Shown one piece after another: positions 53,503-64,000 of a stretch of DNA of 64,000 nt. The translations under genes were made by a program, and so were the position numbers. The notes under the pieces were generated by a model. The model was not told the origin of the DNA, did no database searches, and saw only the letters and a list, made by a program, of their open reading frames with translations. The stretch's first letter is position 1. Each line of letters begins with the position of its first letter. The stretch is taken from the NCBI GenBank assembly GCA_040767965.1, contig JAXGNR010000009.1:37955-101954 (forward strand), read 5' to 3'. Source of the stretch: Atribacterota bacterium. GTDB taxonomy: Bacteria > Atribacterota > Phoenicimicrobiia > Phoenicimicrobiales > Stramentimicrobiaceae.

Positions 53503-54246
53503 TCAGTCTTTTAAGTAAAATTCTGCTATTACCGATGCTCTTATACTTACTTCATCAGGCTCTATTGGGGTTGGAGCAGAAGCAAAAGAGATTTCCCTTT
53601 GCATGGCAGTATCCTGAAAACGAAATGGCTGGTAATTAGTGTTTTCTTCTCTTAAATTTGCCAGTGTCGCAATCTCTTCATTGATGCTTTCTGCTATTGC
53701 TTTTGCCTTTTGGAATGCCTGTTGGGTAGCTTTCTGCAGTGCTTGCAGTATTAAATCTTGCGGATCTGTCAATTCAAAATTAATATAATTAACACTATTG
53801 ACCCCTGAAGCCACAGCCAGGTCTATTATTTCACCAATTGTATCAATTTCACCGGTAGTTATTATCATTTCATTAGTAACCTGATAGAAGATCGGATTTT
53901 CATTTATTTCTGATTGCTCCATGGCTGTTTCCCGGTAGCTATACAATTGATAAGAACCAGTTTTGATATTGTTTTCAGGTATGCCAGCCTCCAGTAAAGA
54001 TTTTTTTACTTCATTGGCAATAACAGCATTTTCAGCAACAGCATTATCTGCTGATTTATTTCTAGTCCCTATTGCTAAGCTTATTCTTGCCAGATCTGGT
54101 TGTGCTTTCAATTCTGCTTGTCCATATGTTTGAATTTTTCTATCAGCCAAAGATGAGGTTGCTGCATTAACGATTTTACCATGAACATTAAATGTTAAAA
54201 TAATTATCAAAATAAATAAAATAAAGATGAGATATTTTTTTCTCAT
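53503..54246 (-). CDS. SIMPL-domain (DUF541) periplasmic protein
   Basis: Signal peptide from MRKKYLIF; ORF track start 54318 likely too far upstream. Confidence 0.65.
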   Translation of the reverse strand: MRKKYLIFILFILIIILTFNVHGKIVNAATSSLADRKIQTYGQAELKAQPDLARISLAIGTRNKSADNAVAENAVIANEVKKSLLEAGIPENNIKTGSYQLYSYRETAMEQSEINENPIFYQVTNEMIITTGEIDTIGEIIDLAVASGVNSVNYINFELTDPQDLILQALQKATQQAFQKAKAIAESINEEIATLANLREENTNYQPFRFQDTAMQREISFASAPTPIEPDEVSIRASVIAEFYLKD

Positions 54247-54575
54247 TGGATTATCCTCCCAAAATGAAATTTTCAGATTATATTCTGTCGTGAAAGTTAA
54301 AAAACATATCATGCTCATAAATTATCATTTTTTTGATTTTCTGTAAATATTCTATATCTTTTGATTGATTAAATTAGCATTTTTGGGTTAACTTAAACCA
54401 GGTTTGAGAGGGCAAAAGAAATTAAAGGGATTTTCTTTCAAAATTTTCAAAAAATATATTGATTTTTTAAAATAAAATATAAAAGTCTATTTTGAATAAA
54501 GAATTTAATTTTGCTATACTTAGTCAAAATTTAATAAATATTCAGAAAAATATTTTAAAAATAATAGAGGTGGAA

Positions 54576-55040
54576 ATGATGAGTAAAATTGAAGAAAAAA
54601 TAAAGTCTTTAGGAATTAATTTGCCTGCGGTATCGCCTCCAATTGGTTCTTTTGTGCCATGCGTACAAACAGGAAACCTTGTTTATACTTCTGGCCAGGT
54701 TTGCATGCGTAATGGTGTATTGGCATATAAAGGAAAAGTAGGAAAAGAAGTAACTATCGAAGAGGGTTCTGAAGCCGCCAGAATAGCTATTATTAATGCC
54801 CTGGCTATATTAAAAGAACATTTAGGAAGTTTAGATAGAGTAAAAAGAATTGTTAAATTATTAGGTTTGGTGGCATGTGTTCCTGAGTTTGACAAACAGC
54901 CCAGCGTAATCAATGGTGCATCTGATTTACTTTTAGCTATTTTTAAAGAAAAAGGACAGCATGCCCGTTCTGCTATAGGAGTCAGTGCTTTACCCAATAA
55001 TTCTCCGGTAGAAATTGAAATGATTGTTGAAGTAGAATAA
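54576..55040 (+). CDS. RidA/YjgF-family protein
   Basis: RBS AGAGGTGG before ATG 54576; RidA-like C-terminus ...SPVEIEMIVEV. Confidence 0.75.
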   Translation: MMSKIEEKIKSLGINLPAVSPPIGSFVPCVQTGNLVYTSGQVCMRNGVLAYKGKVGKEVTIEEGSEAARIAIINALAILKEHLGSLDRVKRIVKLLGLVACVPEFDKQPSVINGASDLLLAIFKEKGQHARSAIGVSALPNNSPVEIEMIVEVE

Positions 55041-55070
55041 GAATTAATTTAACTGGAAGAAATTACTGAT

Positions 55071-56225
55071 ATGCAGAAGAACCGATTTAAAAAATTACTT
55101 TTATTTTCAATAATAATTGTTATTTTATTAATTAATTCCAGCCCATGCAGCAGCACTTCTTTTGAAGATGATTATTTTATAGAAGAATTAATTAGCGGAA
55201 CAGCAAAAGGAGAGGTTGTTGAAATTTTAGATGAAGAAAAAATTATCGATGAGCATTCATTTGCTAGAACAATTCAAATTATCAAAGCTAAAATCACTAC
55301 CGGAACACATAAAGGAAAAATAGTACAAGTACAAAATATTATTGACGAGAGGATGGCTTATAACTTAAAGGTAGATCAGAGAGATAAAATTGTACTGTAT
55401 CTGGAAGAAGATCCTGAAGGGAATATTGTCAATGCTTATGTGGATGAATTAGTAAGAGATATCTATTTACTTTATCTCCTGCTAATTTTTATATTATCAT
55501 TATCTATAATAGGTGGTTTAAAAGGGATAAAAGCAATTATTACATTAGGTTTGACTATCATAGTCATTTTAAAAATACTTTTTCCTTTGGTTTTAGCTGG
55601 CTATAATCCTATAGTTGTTTCAGTATCAATTTGTATTCTTGTTATTGCAACTACAATTTTTATTGTTGGAGGTTTCAATAAGAAAAGTCTGGCTGCTATT
55701 ACAGGTACTATTGCAGGGGTAGCCCTGGCAGGAGTACTGGTGCTATTGTTTGGGCATTCTGCCAGACTAACCGGATTAGCAAATCAGGAAGCTCAGATGC
55801 TGATGTTTATTTCTGAGGAAATAAAATTTAATTTCCAGGGGATTTTGTTTGCCAGTATCATTATTGGCTCTTTAGGGGCAATAATGGATGTGGGAATGTC
55901 TGTTGCTTCAGCGACAAATGAGATACAAGAAGCAAATCCCAATCTAACATCTGCATATTTAATCAAGGCGGGGATGAATGTAGGACGTGATATTATGGGA
56001 ACAATGTCAAATACCTTAATACTTGCTTATGCAGGTGGGACAATTCACCTCCTTCTTTTATTTGTGGTATACGAAGTTCCGGTAATGGATATTATAAATC
56101 AAGACTTTATAGCATCTGAAATTGTAAGAGCATTGGCAGGCAGCATTGGCCTTATTTTTTCAGTTCCCTTTACAGCTATAAGTGCTGGAATTATTTATAA
56201 AAAGATTTTCAAGAAAAACCATTGA
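55071..56225 (+). CDS. YibE/F-family membrane protein
   Basis: 384 aa; extracytoplasmic N-terminal domain then multiple TM helices. Confidence 0.65.
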   Translation: MQKNRFKKLLLFSIIIVILLINSSPCSSTSFEDDYFIEELISGTAKGEVVEILDEEKIIDEHSFARTIQIIKAKITTGTHKGKIVQVQNIIDERMAYNLKVDQRDKIVLYLEEDPEGNIVNAYVDELVRDIYLLYLLLIFILSLSIIGGLKGIKAIITLGLTIIVILKILFPLVLAGYNPIVVSVSICILVIATTIFIVGGFNKKSLAAITGTIAGVALAGVLVLLFGHSARLTGLANQEAQMLMFISEEIKFNFQGILFASIIIGSLGAIMDVGMSVASATNEIQEANPNLTSAYLIKAGMNVGRDIMGTMSNTLILAYAGGTIHLLLLFVVYEVPVMDIINQDFIASEIVRALAGSIGLIFSVPFTAISAGIIYKKIFKKNH

Positions 56226-56394
56226 ATTATAAATTGTTAAAAATAAATTTAGAATTGTCCAGTGATTAATAAAATAAAATTATTATTAAAAATTTTAATA
56301 TTTATTGTTATTATTTCTTGATAAAACTATTGACATGTATGTTATAATTTCTAAAAGTTTTAAAATATCGAAAAATGCAAATCAGGGGAGAAGT

Positions 56395-56633
56395 AACAAT
56401 TTTTTTGTGAAATGGACCCCTTAGCTTCAAACTGAAAGATTACTAAAATTCAAGTAGGTTATGACGGTTTTCCCCCGTGAAAAAGGAAAGGGTATCGGTA
56501 AACATTACCCGTACCTTCATAAGTGGATTTTTGTGATAATAGATAATATTTATTTTACATAAAGATCCATTAGAGTGGCACCACGGAATACAATCCTTTC
56601 GTCTCTAGCAGATGAAAGGTTTTTTATTTTTTA
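56395..56633 (+). ncRNA. T-box-like leader 1 (tRNA-sensing riboswitch), trp operon
   Basis: T-box-like sequence TTAGAGTGGCACCACGG at 56570-56586 (consensus AATTAGGGTGGTACCGCGG); terminator hairpin CCTTTC/GAAAGG plus T-run at 56595-56633. Confidence 0.55.
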
Positions 56634-56775
56634 GGAACAAGTTTACCCGTACCCTATTAAGAGGCATCTTCTGGTAAAAAATTGCCAGAGCTGCAATTTG
56701 GGTGGCAACGCGGATTATTAATTCTCCGTCCCTATAGTTATTTAATAGCTATAGAGGCGGAGAATTTTTTTTGGA
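56634..56775 (+). ncRNA. T-box-like leader 2 (tandem), trp operon
   Basis: AATTTGGGTGGCAACGCGG at 56694-56712; terminator CTCCGTCCCTATAG/CTATAGAGGCGGAG plus T8 at 56733-56772; shares ACCCGTACC with leader 1. Confidence 0.55.
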
Positions 56776-56803
56776 TATTAAAAACCATTGGAGGAAAATA
56801 TAA

Positions 56804-58318
56804 ATGAAAGAAAAGGTTTATTTACCTGACAAAGAAAATTTATTTAATACAAGCGAAGATCTAAATTTACTTATTGTCTACCATAAAATGCTTGCTGATA
56901 CTGAAACTCCTATTAGTGTGTTTGAAAAAGTGGGCCAGTCAGGTTTTAGTTATTTACTGGAAAGTGCAGAAGGAGGAGATAAATTAGCTCGTTATTCCTT
57001 TATTGGAATTAATCCCTTTTTAGTTTTCCAGAGTAAGGGTAAAAATATAACTATCCATAAGGAAAAGAAAACAGAAAATCATACAGGTAACCCTTTTGAT
57101 ATATTACGGCAAACGATGAATAATTTTAAAACAAAACTTCCAATAGAAGGATTGCCCCGTTTTTTTGGAGGAGGAGTTGGTTATTTTGGTTATGACATGA
57201 TTAGATTTATTGAAGATATCCCTCACAGCACTAAAGATGATCTGAACATTCCTGATTGCCTGTTGAGGTATGCTGGAATAATAATTGTTTTTGATCATTT
57301 AACTCATCAAATGTGGATTATTGCCAATACTTCTTTTGATAAAGACATTTTTCCAAAAGAAGAGGCATATCTTGATTCTACCAATCGGATAGATAGAATA
57401 ATCTCAAAATTAAATAATCACGATTCTGAATTCCGACCTGAAAACAAATCTGCAGTTAATGGAATTAAAGGAGATCCTTCAAAATTAAAAACCAATAGTA
57501 ATTTAAAAAAAGAAGAATTTATAAAAAAAGTAGAAAAAGCAAGAGAATACATTAAGCAAGGTGATGCTTTTCAGATTGTATTATCTCAACGCTTAAACAG
57601 AAAAAATACTGAAGATCCTTTTAAGATTTACCGTTCTTTGCGAAGTTTGAATCCATCCCCTTATATGTACTATCTGAATTATGGAGACATTCAGATAGTG
57701 GGAGCTTCTCCTGAACCTTTAGTCAGGTTGACTGAAGATCTGGTAGAAAGTAAGCCTTTGGCTGGAACACGTCATAGAGGGATAAATATACAAGAAGATT
57801 TAGCTCTGGAAAAAGACTTGCTGGCAGATGAAAAAGAAAAAGCTGAGCATACCATGTTAGTTGATTTGGCCAGAAATGATCTGGGTCGCATCTGTATCCC
57901 GGGCAGCGTTCAGGTTAGTCAATATCTGAAAGTTGAAAAATTTTCTCATGTTATGCACTTAGTATCTGAGGTACAGGGAATTATTGAAAAGAAAAAAGAT
58001 GCCCTAGATGCTTTAGAAGCCAGCTTTCCTGCAGGAACCGTTTCTGGTGCCCCAAAAATAAGAGCAATAGAGATTATTGATGAACTGGAGGAGAACGATA
58101 GAGGGCCTTATGCTGGAGCAGTCGGTTATCTTGGCTTTAATGGAAATATGGATACTTGTATTACTATTCGAACTATTGTTTTTAAGAATAATGAGGCCTA
58201 TATCCAGGCAGGTGCCGGGATAGTATACGATTCAATTCCAGAAAAGGAGTACCAGGAAACTTTGAACAAAGCACAAGCTTTGTTCAAAGCTATTGAATTA
58301 GCAGAGAATGATAAATAG
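56804..58318 (+). CDS. trpE: Anthranilate synthase component I
   Basis: 504 aa; chorismate-binding C-terminus (GAGIVYDS). Confidence 0.95.
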   Translation: MKEKVYLPDKENLFNTSEDLNLLIVYHKMLADTETPISVFEKVGQSGFSYLLESAEGGDKLARYSFIGINPFLVFQSKGKNITIHKEKKTENHTGNPFDILRQTMNNFKTKLPIEGLPRFFGGGVGYFGYDMIRFIEDIPHSTKDDLNIPDCLLRYAGIIIVFDHLTHQMWIIANTSFDKDIFPKEEAYLDSTNRIDRIISKLNNHDSEFRPENKSAVNGIKGDPSKLKTNSNLKKEEFIKKVEKAREYIKQGDAFQIVLSQRLNRKNTEDPFKIYRSLRSLNPSPYMYYLNYGDIQIVGASPEPLVRLTEDLVESKPLAGTRHRGINIQEDLALEKDLLADEKEKAEHTMLVDLARNDLGRICIPGSVQVSQYLKVEKFSHVMHLVSEVQGIIEKKKDALDALEASFPAGTVSGAPKIRAIEIIDELEENDRGPYAGAVGYLGFNGNMDTCITIRTIVFKNNEAYIQAGAGIVYDSIPEKEYQETLNKAQALFKAIELAENDK

Positions 58319-58350
58319 AATAATCAGCTAAATAAAAGGAGGAGATAAAA

Positions 58351-58953
58351 ATGATTTTAGTAATTGATAATTATGATTCTTTTACTTACAACCTTGTCCA
58401 GTACTTAAGCGAGTTTGGTATTCCTGTAGAGGTATTTAGAAATAATAAGATAGAAATAGCTGAAATTATGCAAAAGGACCTTTTAGGAATTGTAATTTCT
58501 CCCGGACCAGGAACTCCGGATGATGCAGGTATTTCAATTGAATTGATAAAAATAGCAGGACCTGAAATTCCAATCCTGGGTGTATGTTTAGGGCATCAGG
58601 CAATTGCTGTTGCTTATGGAGGAAGAGTACTTCCCAGTATAAAACTAATGCATGGCAAACCTTCTGATATTCATCATCAACAAAAAGGTATTTATGAAGG
58701 TATAGAGAGTCCTTTTTTAGCAGGTAGATATCACTCTTTAATGGTTGATATTGACTCTTTTCCTGATTGTCTCGAGATAAATGCCCGAACTGATGACAAT
58801 ATTATAATGGGTATCCAGCATAAAGAATATCCAGTGATTGGAGTGCAATATCACCCGGAATCTATTTTAACAAAAATGGGAAAAATTTTATTAAAAAATT
58901 TCATTAGTTTTGCTAAAGAACATAAAAAAGACATCATCAGAATGAAACGATAG
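58351..58953 (+). CDS. trpG: Anthranilate synthase component II (glutamine amidotransferase)
   Basis: GVCLGHQ catalytic Cys; HPES. Confidence 0.9.
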   Translation: MILVIDNYDSFTYNLVQYLSEFGIPVEVFRNNKIEIAEIMQKDLLGIVISPGPGTPDDAGISIELIKIAGPEIPILGVCLGHQAIAVAYGGRVLPSIKLMHGKPSDIHHQQKGIYEGIESPFLAGRYHSLMVDIDSFPDCLEINARTDDNIIMGIQHKEYPVIGVQYHPESILTKMGKILLKNFISFAKEHKKDIIRMKR

Positions 58954-58997
58954 TAAAAATATTTAAAAATATTTTCTAAAAAAGAAAGGAGGGTAAT

Positions 58998-60023
58998 ATG
59001 TACCAGACAATTCAGAATAAATTATTATTTGGAAAAGATTTAGCTGAAAAAGAAGCTAATCAATTAATGAATGAGATTATGCAAGGAGAGCTAACCTCAG
59101 CACAAATTGCCAGTTTCTTAACCGCCCTGCGAATTAAAGGAGAAACAATAGAAGAAATTATCGGTTGTGCTCTGGCCATGAGGGAAAATGCAGTCCGTAT
59201 AAAAAAAGAATTCCCTTTTGCTATAGATACCTGTGGAACTGGAGGAGATGAGAAAGGAACTTTTAACATCTCTACTGTTACTGCATTTGTGGTTGCAGGT
59301 GCCGGATTAAAAGTTGCAAAGCATGGTAATAGAAGTGTATCAAGCAAAAGTGGAAGTGCAGATGTATTAGAAGCTTTAGGAATAAATATTAATTTAACAC
59401 CCTTGCAGGTTGAAGAATGTTTGGAAAAAATAGGGATAGCTTTTTTCTTTGCTCCCATTTTCCACCCTGCAATGAAATTTGCTGTTACCCCGAGAAAAGA
59501 AATCGGATTTCGCACAATATTTAATCTGTTAGGGCCATTAACTAATCCGGCAGGAGTAAAACACCAGGTGTTAGGTGTATATAATCCTGCTTTAACAGAA
59601 GAAATTGCTCACACATTAAAGGCCTTGGGAGTTCAGGAGGCTATGGTAGTATGCAGCGAAAAAGGAATGGATGAAATATCACTTTCAGAAATTACTAAAA
59701 TCAGTCATGTTAAGAATGGGAAGGTGAAAACTTTTTATCTCAACCCGGAAGAAACAGGCTTTAGAAAATGTGATTTAAAGGAGCTATCTGGAGGAGATGC
59801 TCAGAGAAATGCAGAAATTGCAATGGAAATACTAACAGGAATCAAAAAAGATTCTATGTTAAATGTAGTATTGATAAATGCCTCTGCCGCTTTAATGATA
59901 GGAGGGCTTGCAGAAGATTTTTCTACAGGTATAGCAATTGCAAAAAATAGCATCGAATCGGGTGCTGCACTGGGAAAGATGTATGAATTGCGAGAATTAA
60001 GTTTAAGAGGTATTACTGCATGA
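58998..60023 (+). CDS. trpD: Anthranilate phosphoribosyltransferase
   Basis: DTCGTGGD and KHGNRS motifs. Confidence 0.95.
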   Translation: MYQTIQNKLLFGKDLAEKEANQLMNEIMQGELTSAQIASFLTALRIKGETIEEIIGCALAMRENAVRIKKEFPFAIDTCGTGGDEKGTFNISTVTAFVVAGAGLKVAKHGNRSVSSKSGSADVLEALGININLTPLQVEECLEKIGIAFFFAPIFHPAMKFAVTPRKEIGFRTIFNLLGPLTNPAGVKHQVLGVYNPALTEEIAHTLKALGVQEAMVVCSEKGMDEISLSEITKISHVKNGKVKTFYLNPEETGFRKCDLKELSGGDAQRNAEIAMEILTGIKKDSMLNVVLINASAALMIGGLAEDFSTGIAIAKNSIESGAALGKMYELRELSLRGITA

Positions 60024-60838
60024 ATATACTTGATAAGATTATTAGCAATAAAAAAAATGAAATTGAGCAGGATAAAAAACAATATTCTTTGCAATTTATC
60101 AAAAATAAGATTTCTAGAGAAAGCACCCCCAATCGCGATTTTTTTGGCAGTATAAGCAATTCAAAAACAGTTGCGCTTATTGCTGAGGTTAAATTTGCTT
60201 CACCTTCAGCTGGGACAATTAATCATAGAGATAATTTCCAAGACATTATTCGCAACTATGAAAAAGGAGGCGCTACAGCAATATCTGTTTTGACAGAAAA
60301 AAGATTTTTTCAGGGAAGGGAAGATGATATTGCTAAGGCGAAGCAAATTTCTAATTTTCCGGTTTTAAGAAAAGATTTTATTATAGATGAATATCAGGTC
60401 TATCAATCACGTTTTTTGGGTGCAGATGCAATTCTGTTGATTGCCTGCTTGCTGGAGACATCAAAAATCAGTCATTACCAGGAAATCGCTTTTACCTTAG
60501 GAATGGATTGCTTGATAGAGATACATACTGAAAATGAGTTAGAGAAAATTCTTCCTTTGCAGCCAAAAATGATTGGAATAAATAATAGAAAGTTAGAAGA
60601 TTTTTCTGTGGATCTTTCTATCAGTAAAAGAATAAGCTCTCATATTCCTGGCGATTCTATTTTAATAAGCGAAAGCGGTATAAAAGAAAGACAGGATATT
60701 GAAGAATTAAGTAATTATGGATTTGATGCAGTGCTGGTAGGTAGTTCTTTAATGACTAATCCACATACTCAAAATTTATTAAAAGAATTAGCAGGAGTAT
60801 TAAAAAAAGATAAAGGAATTTCTATAAATGTTAATTAA
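60020..60838 (+). CDS. trpC: Indole-3-glycerol phosphate synthase
   Basis: IAEVKFASPS and RKDFIIDEYQ motifs; 4-nt overlap with trpD. Confidence 0.9.
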   Translation: MNILDKIISNKKNEIEQDKKQYSLQFIKNKISRESTPNRDFFGSISNSKTVALIAEVKFASPSAGTINHRDNFQDIIRNYEKGGATAISVLTEKRFFQGREDDIAKAKQISNFPVLRKDFIIDEYQVYQSRFLGADAILLIACLLETSKISHYQEIAFTLGMDCLIEIHTENELEKILPLQPKMIGINNRKLEDFSVDLSISKRISSHIPGDSILISESGIKERQDIEELSNYGFDAVLVGSSLMTNPHTQNLLKELAGVLKKDKGISINVN

Positions 60839-61460
60839 AATATGTGGAATTAAAAATAAAAAAATAGCTCATTGGGCAGTAGAGGCAGGGGCTGATGCTT
60901 TAGGATTTGTTTTTGCACCCAGTTCTCGTTGTATCACTCCTTTTAAAGCAAAAGAAATTATAAAATCTTTACCACAGAATATCTTAAAAATCGGGGTTTT
61001 TGTAAATGAAGATATTGTTAAAGTAAGAGAAGTACAGCAATTCTGCGGGATTACGAACTTACAATTTCATGGCCAGGAAAGTGCTGAATACTGTAAACAA
61101 TTTGGAGTCCCTCTTATAAAAGCTATCAAGGTTAAAGTAAATGGAGAATTTGTTCCCGAACCTATAAATTACCAGAAGTCTGTCCAGTATTTTTTAGCTG
61201 ATACTTATCAGCATAAGAAAGAAGGAGGAACCGGAAAAACTTTCCCCTGGCAAATGGCTTTACCTTTAAAGGAATATGGGCCAGTAATTTTAGCAGGTGG
61301 ATTAAACCCTGAAAATATTTACCATGCTATTGATTTTGTCCAGCCAGAAGGAGTAGATGTAAGTAGTGGAGTAGAAACACATAATTCCAAAGATATTCAA
61401 AAAATAAAAAATTTTATTCAAGAAATATGGAGATGGGAAAATGAAAACAATCATACCTGA
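60828..61460 (+). CDS. trpF: Phosphoribosylanthranilate isomerase
   Basis: MLIKICGI N-terminus; position between trpC and trpB. Confidence 0.9.
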   Translation: MLIKICGIKNKKIAHWAVEAGADALGFVFAPSSRCITPFKAKEIIKSLPQNILKIGVFVNEDIVKVREVQQFCGITNLQFHGQESAEYCKQFGVPLIKAIKVKVNGEFVPEPINYQKSVQYFLADTYQHKKEGGTGKTFPWQMALPLKEYGPVILAGGLNPENIYHAIDFVQPEGVDVSSGVETHNSKDIQKIKNFIQEIWRWENENNHT

Positions 61461-62637
61461 TAAAAAAGGTTATTTTGGGCAATTTGGCGGAAAATTTGTT
61501 CCAGAAACGCTTATGCCAGCTTTAAAAGACCTGGAAGAAGCCTATTATATTGCCAAAGAAGATGAATTCTTTCAAAAAGAATTGCAGAGTTACTTTAAGA
61601 ATTACATTGGAAGACCTTCTCTTTTATATTATGCGGAAAATTTATCTAAAAAACTGGGGAAAGCTAAAATTTATCTTAAAAGAGAAGATCTGAATCATAC
61701 CGGAGCTCACAAGATTAATAATACTATTGGTCAGATTCTTTTGGCTCAAAGAATGGGCAAGAAACGTATTATTGCTGAAACCGGTGCTGGACAACACGGA
61801 GTAGCTACTGCTACAGTAGCCGCTTTGTTTGGTATGTCATGTGCTGTTTATATGGGAGAAACAGATATTAAACGTCAGGAGTTAAATGTTTTTCGGATTA
61901 AATTATTAGGTGCAGAGGTAATACCGGTTAAATCGGGTAATAGCACCTTAAAAGATGCGGTGAATGAAGCAATTCGTGATTGGGTTACAAATATTGAGAA
62001 TACGCATTATATGATAGGTTCGGTTGTTGGACCACATCCTTATCCTATGATAGTCAGGGATTTTCAGGCAATTATTGGCCAAGAAGCCAGAGAGCAAATT
62101 TTACTGAAGGAAGGACGTTTACCAGATTATCTGTTAGCTTGCGTAGGAGGTGGAAGTAATTCTATAGGTCTTTTCTATCCATTTTTGGATGATAAGCGTG
62201 TAGAAATATATGGTGTTGAAGCAGCCGGATATGGTATTGATACTAATGAACATGCTGCTACATTAGAGGCTGGCAGTATCGGAATTTTACATGGGGCTAA
62301 AAGTTACCTTCTGCAGGATGATTTTGGACAGATTAAGGAAGCTTATTCTGTTTCAGCTGGTCTTGATTATCCTGGAATAGGCCCTGAACATTCTTATCTT
62401 AAAGATACCAGCAGAGTTAACTATGTTTCAGTGACTGACAAAGAAGCAATAGAATCTTTTAAGATGCTTTCCAGGACTGAAGGAATTATACCGGCTTTGG
62501 AAAGCTCACATGCTTTAGCTTATCTTTTAAAATTGATTCCTAAGACAAAAAAAGAAGATATTGTTATTGTTTGTCTTTCTGGTAGAGGTGATAAAGATAC
62601 TAATGTAGTAATCGAAAAACTGGAGGGGAAAGTATGA
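61441..62637 (+). CDS. trpB: Tryptophan synthase beta chain
   Basis: [12 protein letters not shown]-lysine motif; GGGSNS. Confidence 0.95.
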   Translation: MKTIIPDKKGYFGQFGGKFVPETLMPALKDLEEAYYIAKEDEFFQKELQSYFKNYIGRPSLLYYAENLSKKLGKAKIYLKREDLNHTGAHKINNTIGQILLAQRMGKKRIIAETGAGQHGVATATVAALFGMSCAVYMGETDIKRQELNVFRIKLLGAEVIPVKSGNSTLKDAVNEAIRDWVTNIENTHYMIGSVVGPHPYPMIVRDFQAIIGQEAREQILLKEGRLPDYLLACVGGGSNSIGLFYPFLDDKRVEIYGVEAAGYGIDTNEHAATLEAGSIGILHGAKSYLLQDDFGQIKEAYSVSAGLDYPGIGPEHSYLKDTSRVNYVSVTDKEAIESFKMLSRTEGIIPALESSHALAYLLKLIPKTKKEDIVIVCLSGRGDKDTNVVIEKLEGKV

Positions 62638-63428
62638 AGATAGAAAAAAAACTGCGTTACCTGAAAGAAAATAATAAAAAAGCCTTAATTACCTATATTA
62701 CAGCAGGAGATCCTTCGTTAGAGATAACCGAAAAATTAGTTTATGTGCTGGATAAAGCAGGGGCAGATATAATTGAGTTAGGTATTCCTTTTTCCGACCC
62801 TCTGGCAGATGGGCCGGTTATCCAAAAAGCTTCACAAAGAGCATTAGAGAAGAAAGTAAATATTTTTAAGATATTATCTATGGTTAATAATATTAGAGAA
62901 AAAATTACTATACCCTTTATCCTTATGAGTTATTATAACCCCATTTATCACTACGGATTAAATTCTTTTGCAGATGATGCCCAAGAGGCTGGTGTTGATG
63001 GCTTTATTATTCCAGATTTGCCATTTGAAGAAAGTGATGAATTTAAAAGGATCATTGAACAAAAAGGTTTAGAATTAATTTCTTTTATAGCTCCCACCAG
63101 CACTCCAGAAAGGATTGCCATGATTGCTGAAAATGCTCGAGGATTTATTTATTGTGTTTCAGTAACCGGAATTACTGGAATTAGAAAAGAAACTTCACTG
63201 AAAACTGCTCAATTATTGGAAAAAATTAGACTTTATACAGATTTGCCTTTAGCAGTAGGCTTCGGCATAAGTGGTCCTGAACAAGCAAAAGAGGTTTCTA
63301 AATTTGCAGATGCGGTTATTGTGGGAAGTGGTATTGTAAATATAATTGAGGAAACACAAAATGATTTAGCGAAAATGCTTTTTCAAATAAATAGCTTTGT
63401 AAGTCATCTAAAAAAATCTATATTATAA
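62634..63428 (+). CDS. trpA: Tryptophan synthase alpha chain
   Basis: [14 protein letters not shown] motif; 4-nt overlap with trpB. Confidence 0.95.
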   Translation: MKIEKKLRYLKENNKKALITYITAGDPSLEITEKLVYVLDKAGADIIELGIPFSDPLADGPVIQKASQRALEKKVNIFKILSMVNNIREKITIPFILMSYYNPIYHYGLNSFADDAQEAGVDGFIIPDLPFEESDEFKRIIEQKGLELISFIAPTSTPERIAMIAENARGFIYCVSVTGITGIRKETSLKTAQLLEKIRLYTDLPLAVGFGISGPEQAKEVSKFADAVIVGSGIVNIIEETQNDLAKMLFQINSFVSHLKKSIL

Positions 63429-63623
63429 GATAAAAATTGTTAAATATTAAAATAATAGAAGTAAAATAATAAATAGCAAATAAGGGATAACCTGGTTAAT
63501 GATATTATGATAAAATTAAATTATTAAAATATAAAAATTTTTGTAGTTTAAGTGTGTTCTTTGAATAATATCAGCTTTGTTTATTCTTTTTAATATTTTC
63601 AATTATAAAAGAAAGGATTTTTT

Positions 63624-63869
63624 ATGATAAATTTAGAAAAAAAAGTAAAGATAAACCCTTTGGAATTAATGAAAAAAACTAAAAATTTTTTTGGTTCCGG
63701 GGGTCAAGGGTTAATGATTATCTCAGAAAATGATTGTAATATCACTTTTCAGGGAGGTGGAGGCCACCTTAGTGTTACTTTAAAAGAGGATGACCAGGGT
63801 TTCACAAGAGTTCAAATAGAAAGTAGAGAATGGGATTACCAGGCTAAGAAATTTTTGGCAGGTTTATAA
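63624..63869 (+). CDS. Hypothetical small protein
   Basis: 81-aa ORF with Gly-rich stretches (FGSGGQG, FQGGGGH); no family recognised. Confidence 0.3.
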   Translation: MINLEKKVKINPLELMKKTKNFFGSGGQGLMIISENDCNITFQGGGGHLSVTLKEDDQGFTRVQIESREWDYQAKKFLAGL

Positions 63870-64000
63870 AACAAATTTTAAGATATAACATTTAAAGTTG
63901 AATATAAAATCTTTATCTCATAGGTTATAATTTATTGCAAAATCAAAATTGGAAACCATTTGAATATAATAAAAATGCTAGATTTGTGTCAAATCTAGGA

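Noticed and set aside
59060-60094. Minus-strand ORFs inside trpD and trpC (59060-59515, 59801-60094)
   Set aside because: Antisense shadow ORFs within conserved trp genes
1-64000. CRISPR array, rRNA or tRNA genes
   Set aside because: No regularly spaced direct repeats with unique spacers and no rRNA- or tRNA-like conserved segments seen on either strand
1-64000. Transposase, integrase or phage genes marking a mobile element
   Set aside because: No ORF with recognisable DDE, tyrosine or serine recombinase or phage structural motifs; the accessory character of the left end rests only on pseudogenes and the TA-like pair

Overview
AT-rich bacterial chromosomal segment, probably from a low-GC diderm Firmicute-like anaerobe (a giant TamB/AsmA-like protein and OmpA-family remnant alongside T-box leaders). 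All calls are from reading the sequence and by-eye motif matching; no database search or folding was run. The left ~12 kb looks accessory and decayed: frameshifted TRAP dctQM, two tandem degraded D-serine-deaminase-like genes, an RnfD-like gene with an in-frame TGA, and a multiply frameshifted beta-helix/DUF1566 lipoprotein behind a c-di-GMP-I (GEMM)-like riboswitch. Embedded there is an intact overlapping two-gene module (5223-6145) pairing a Panacea/DUF4065-like protein with a divergent MazF/PemK-like protein, the best candidate for an undescribed toxin-antitoxin or defence pair. The middle holds housekeeping and accessory genes (B12-radical SAM, two CN hydrolases, HflX, RlmD, intact TRAP dctPQM, a barnase-like gene with an in-frame stop next to intact barstar), then a minus-strand ABC uptake operon with a structured leader carrying tandem terminators. 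The right end is a complete trpEGDCFBA operon preceded by tandem T-box-like leaders. No rRNA, tRNA, CRISPR array, transposase or integrase was recognised.
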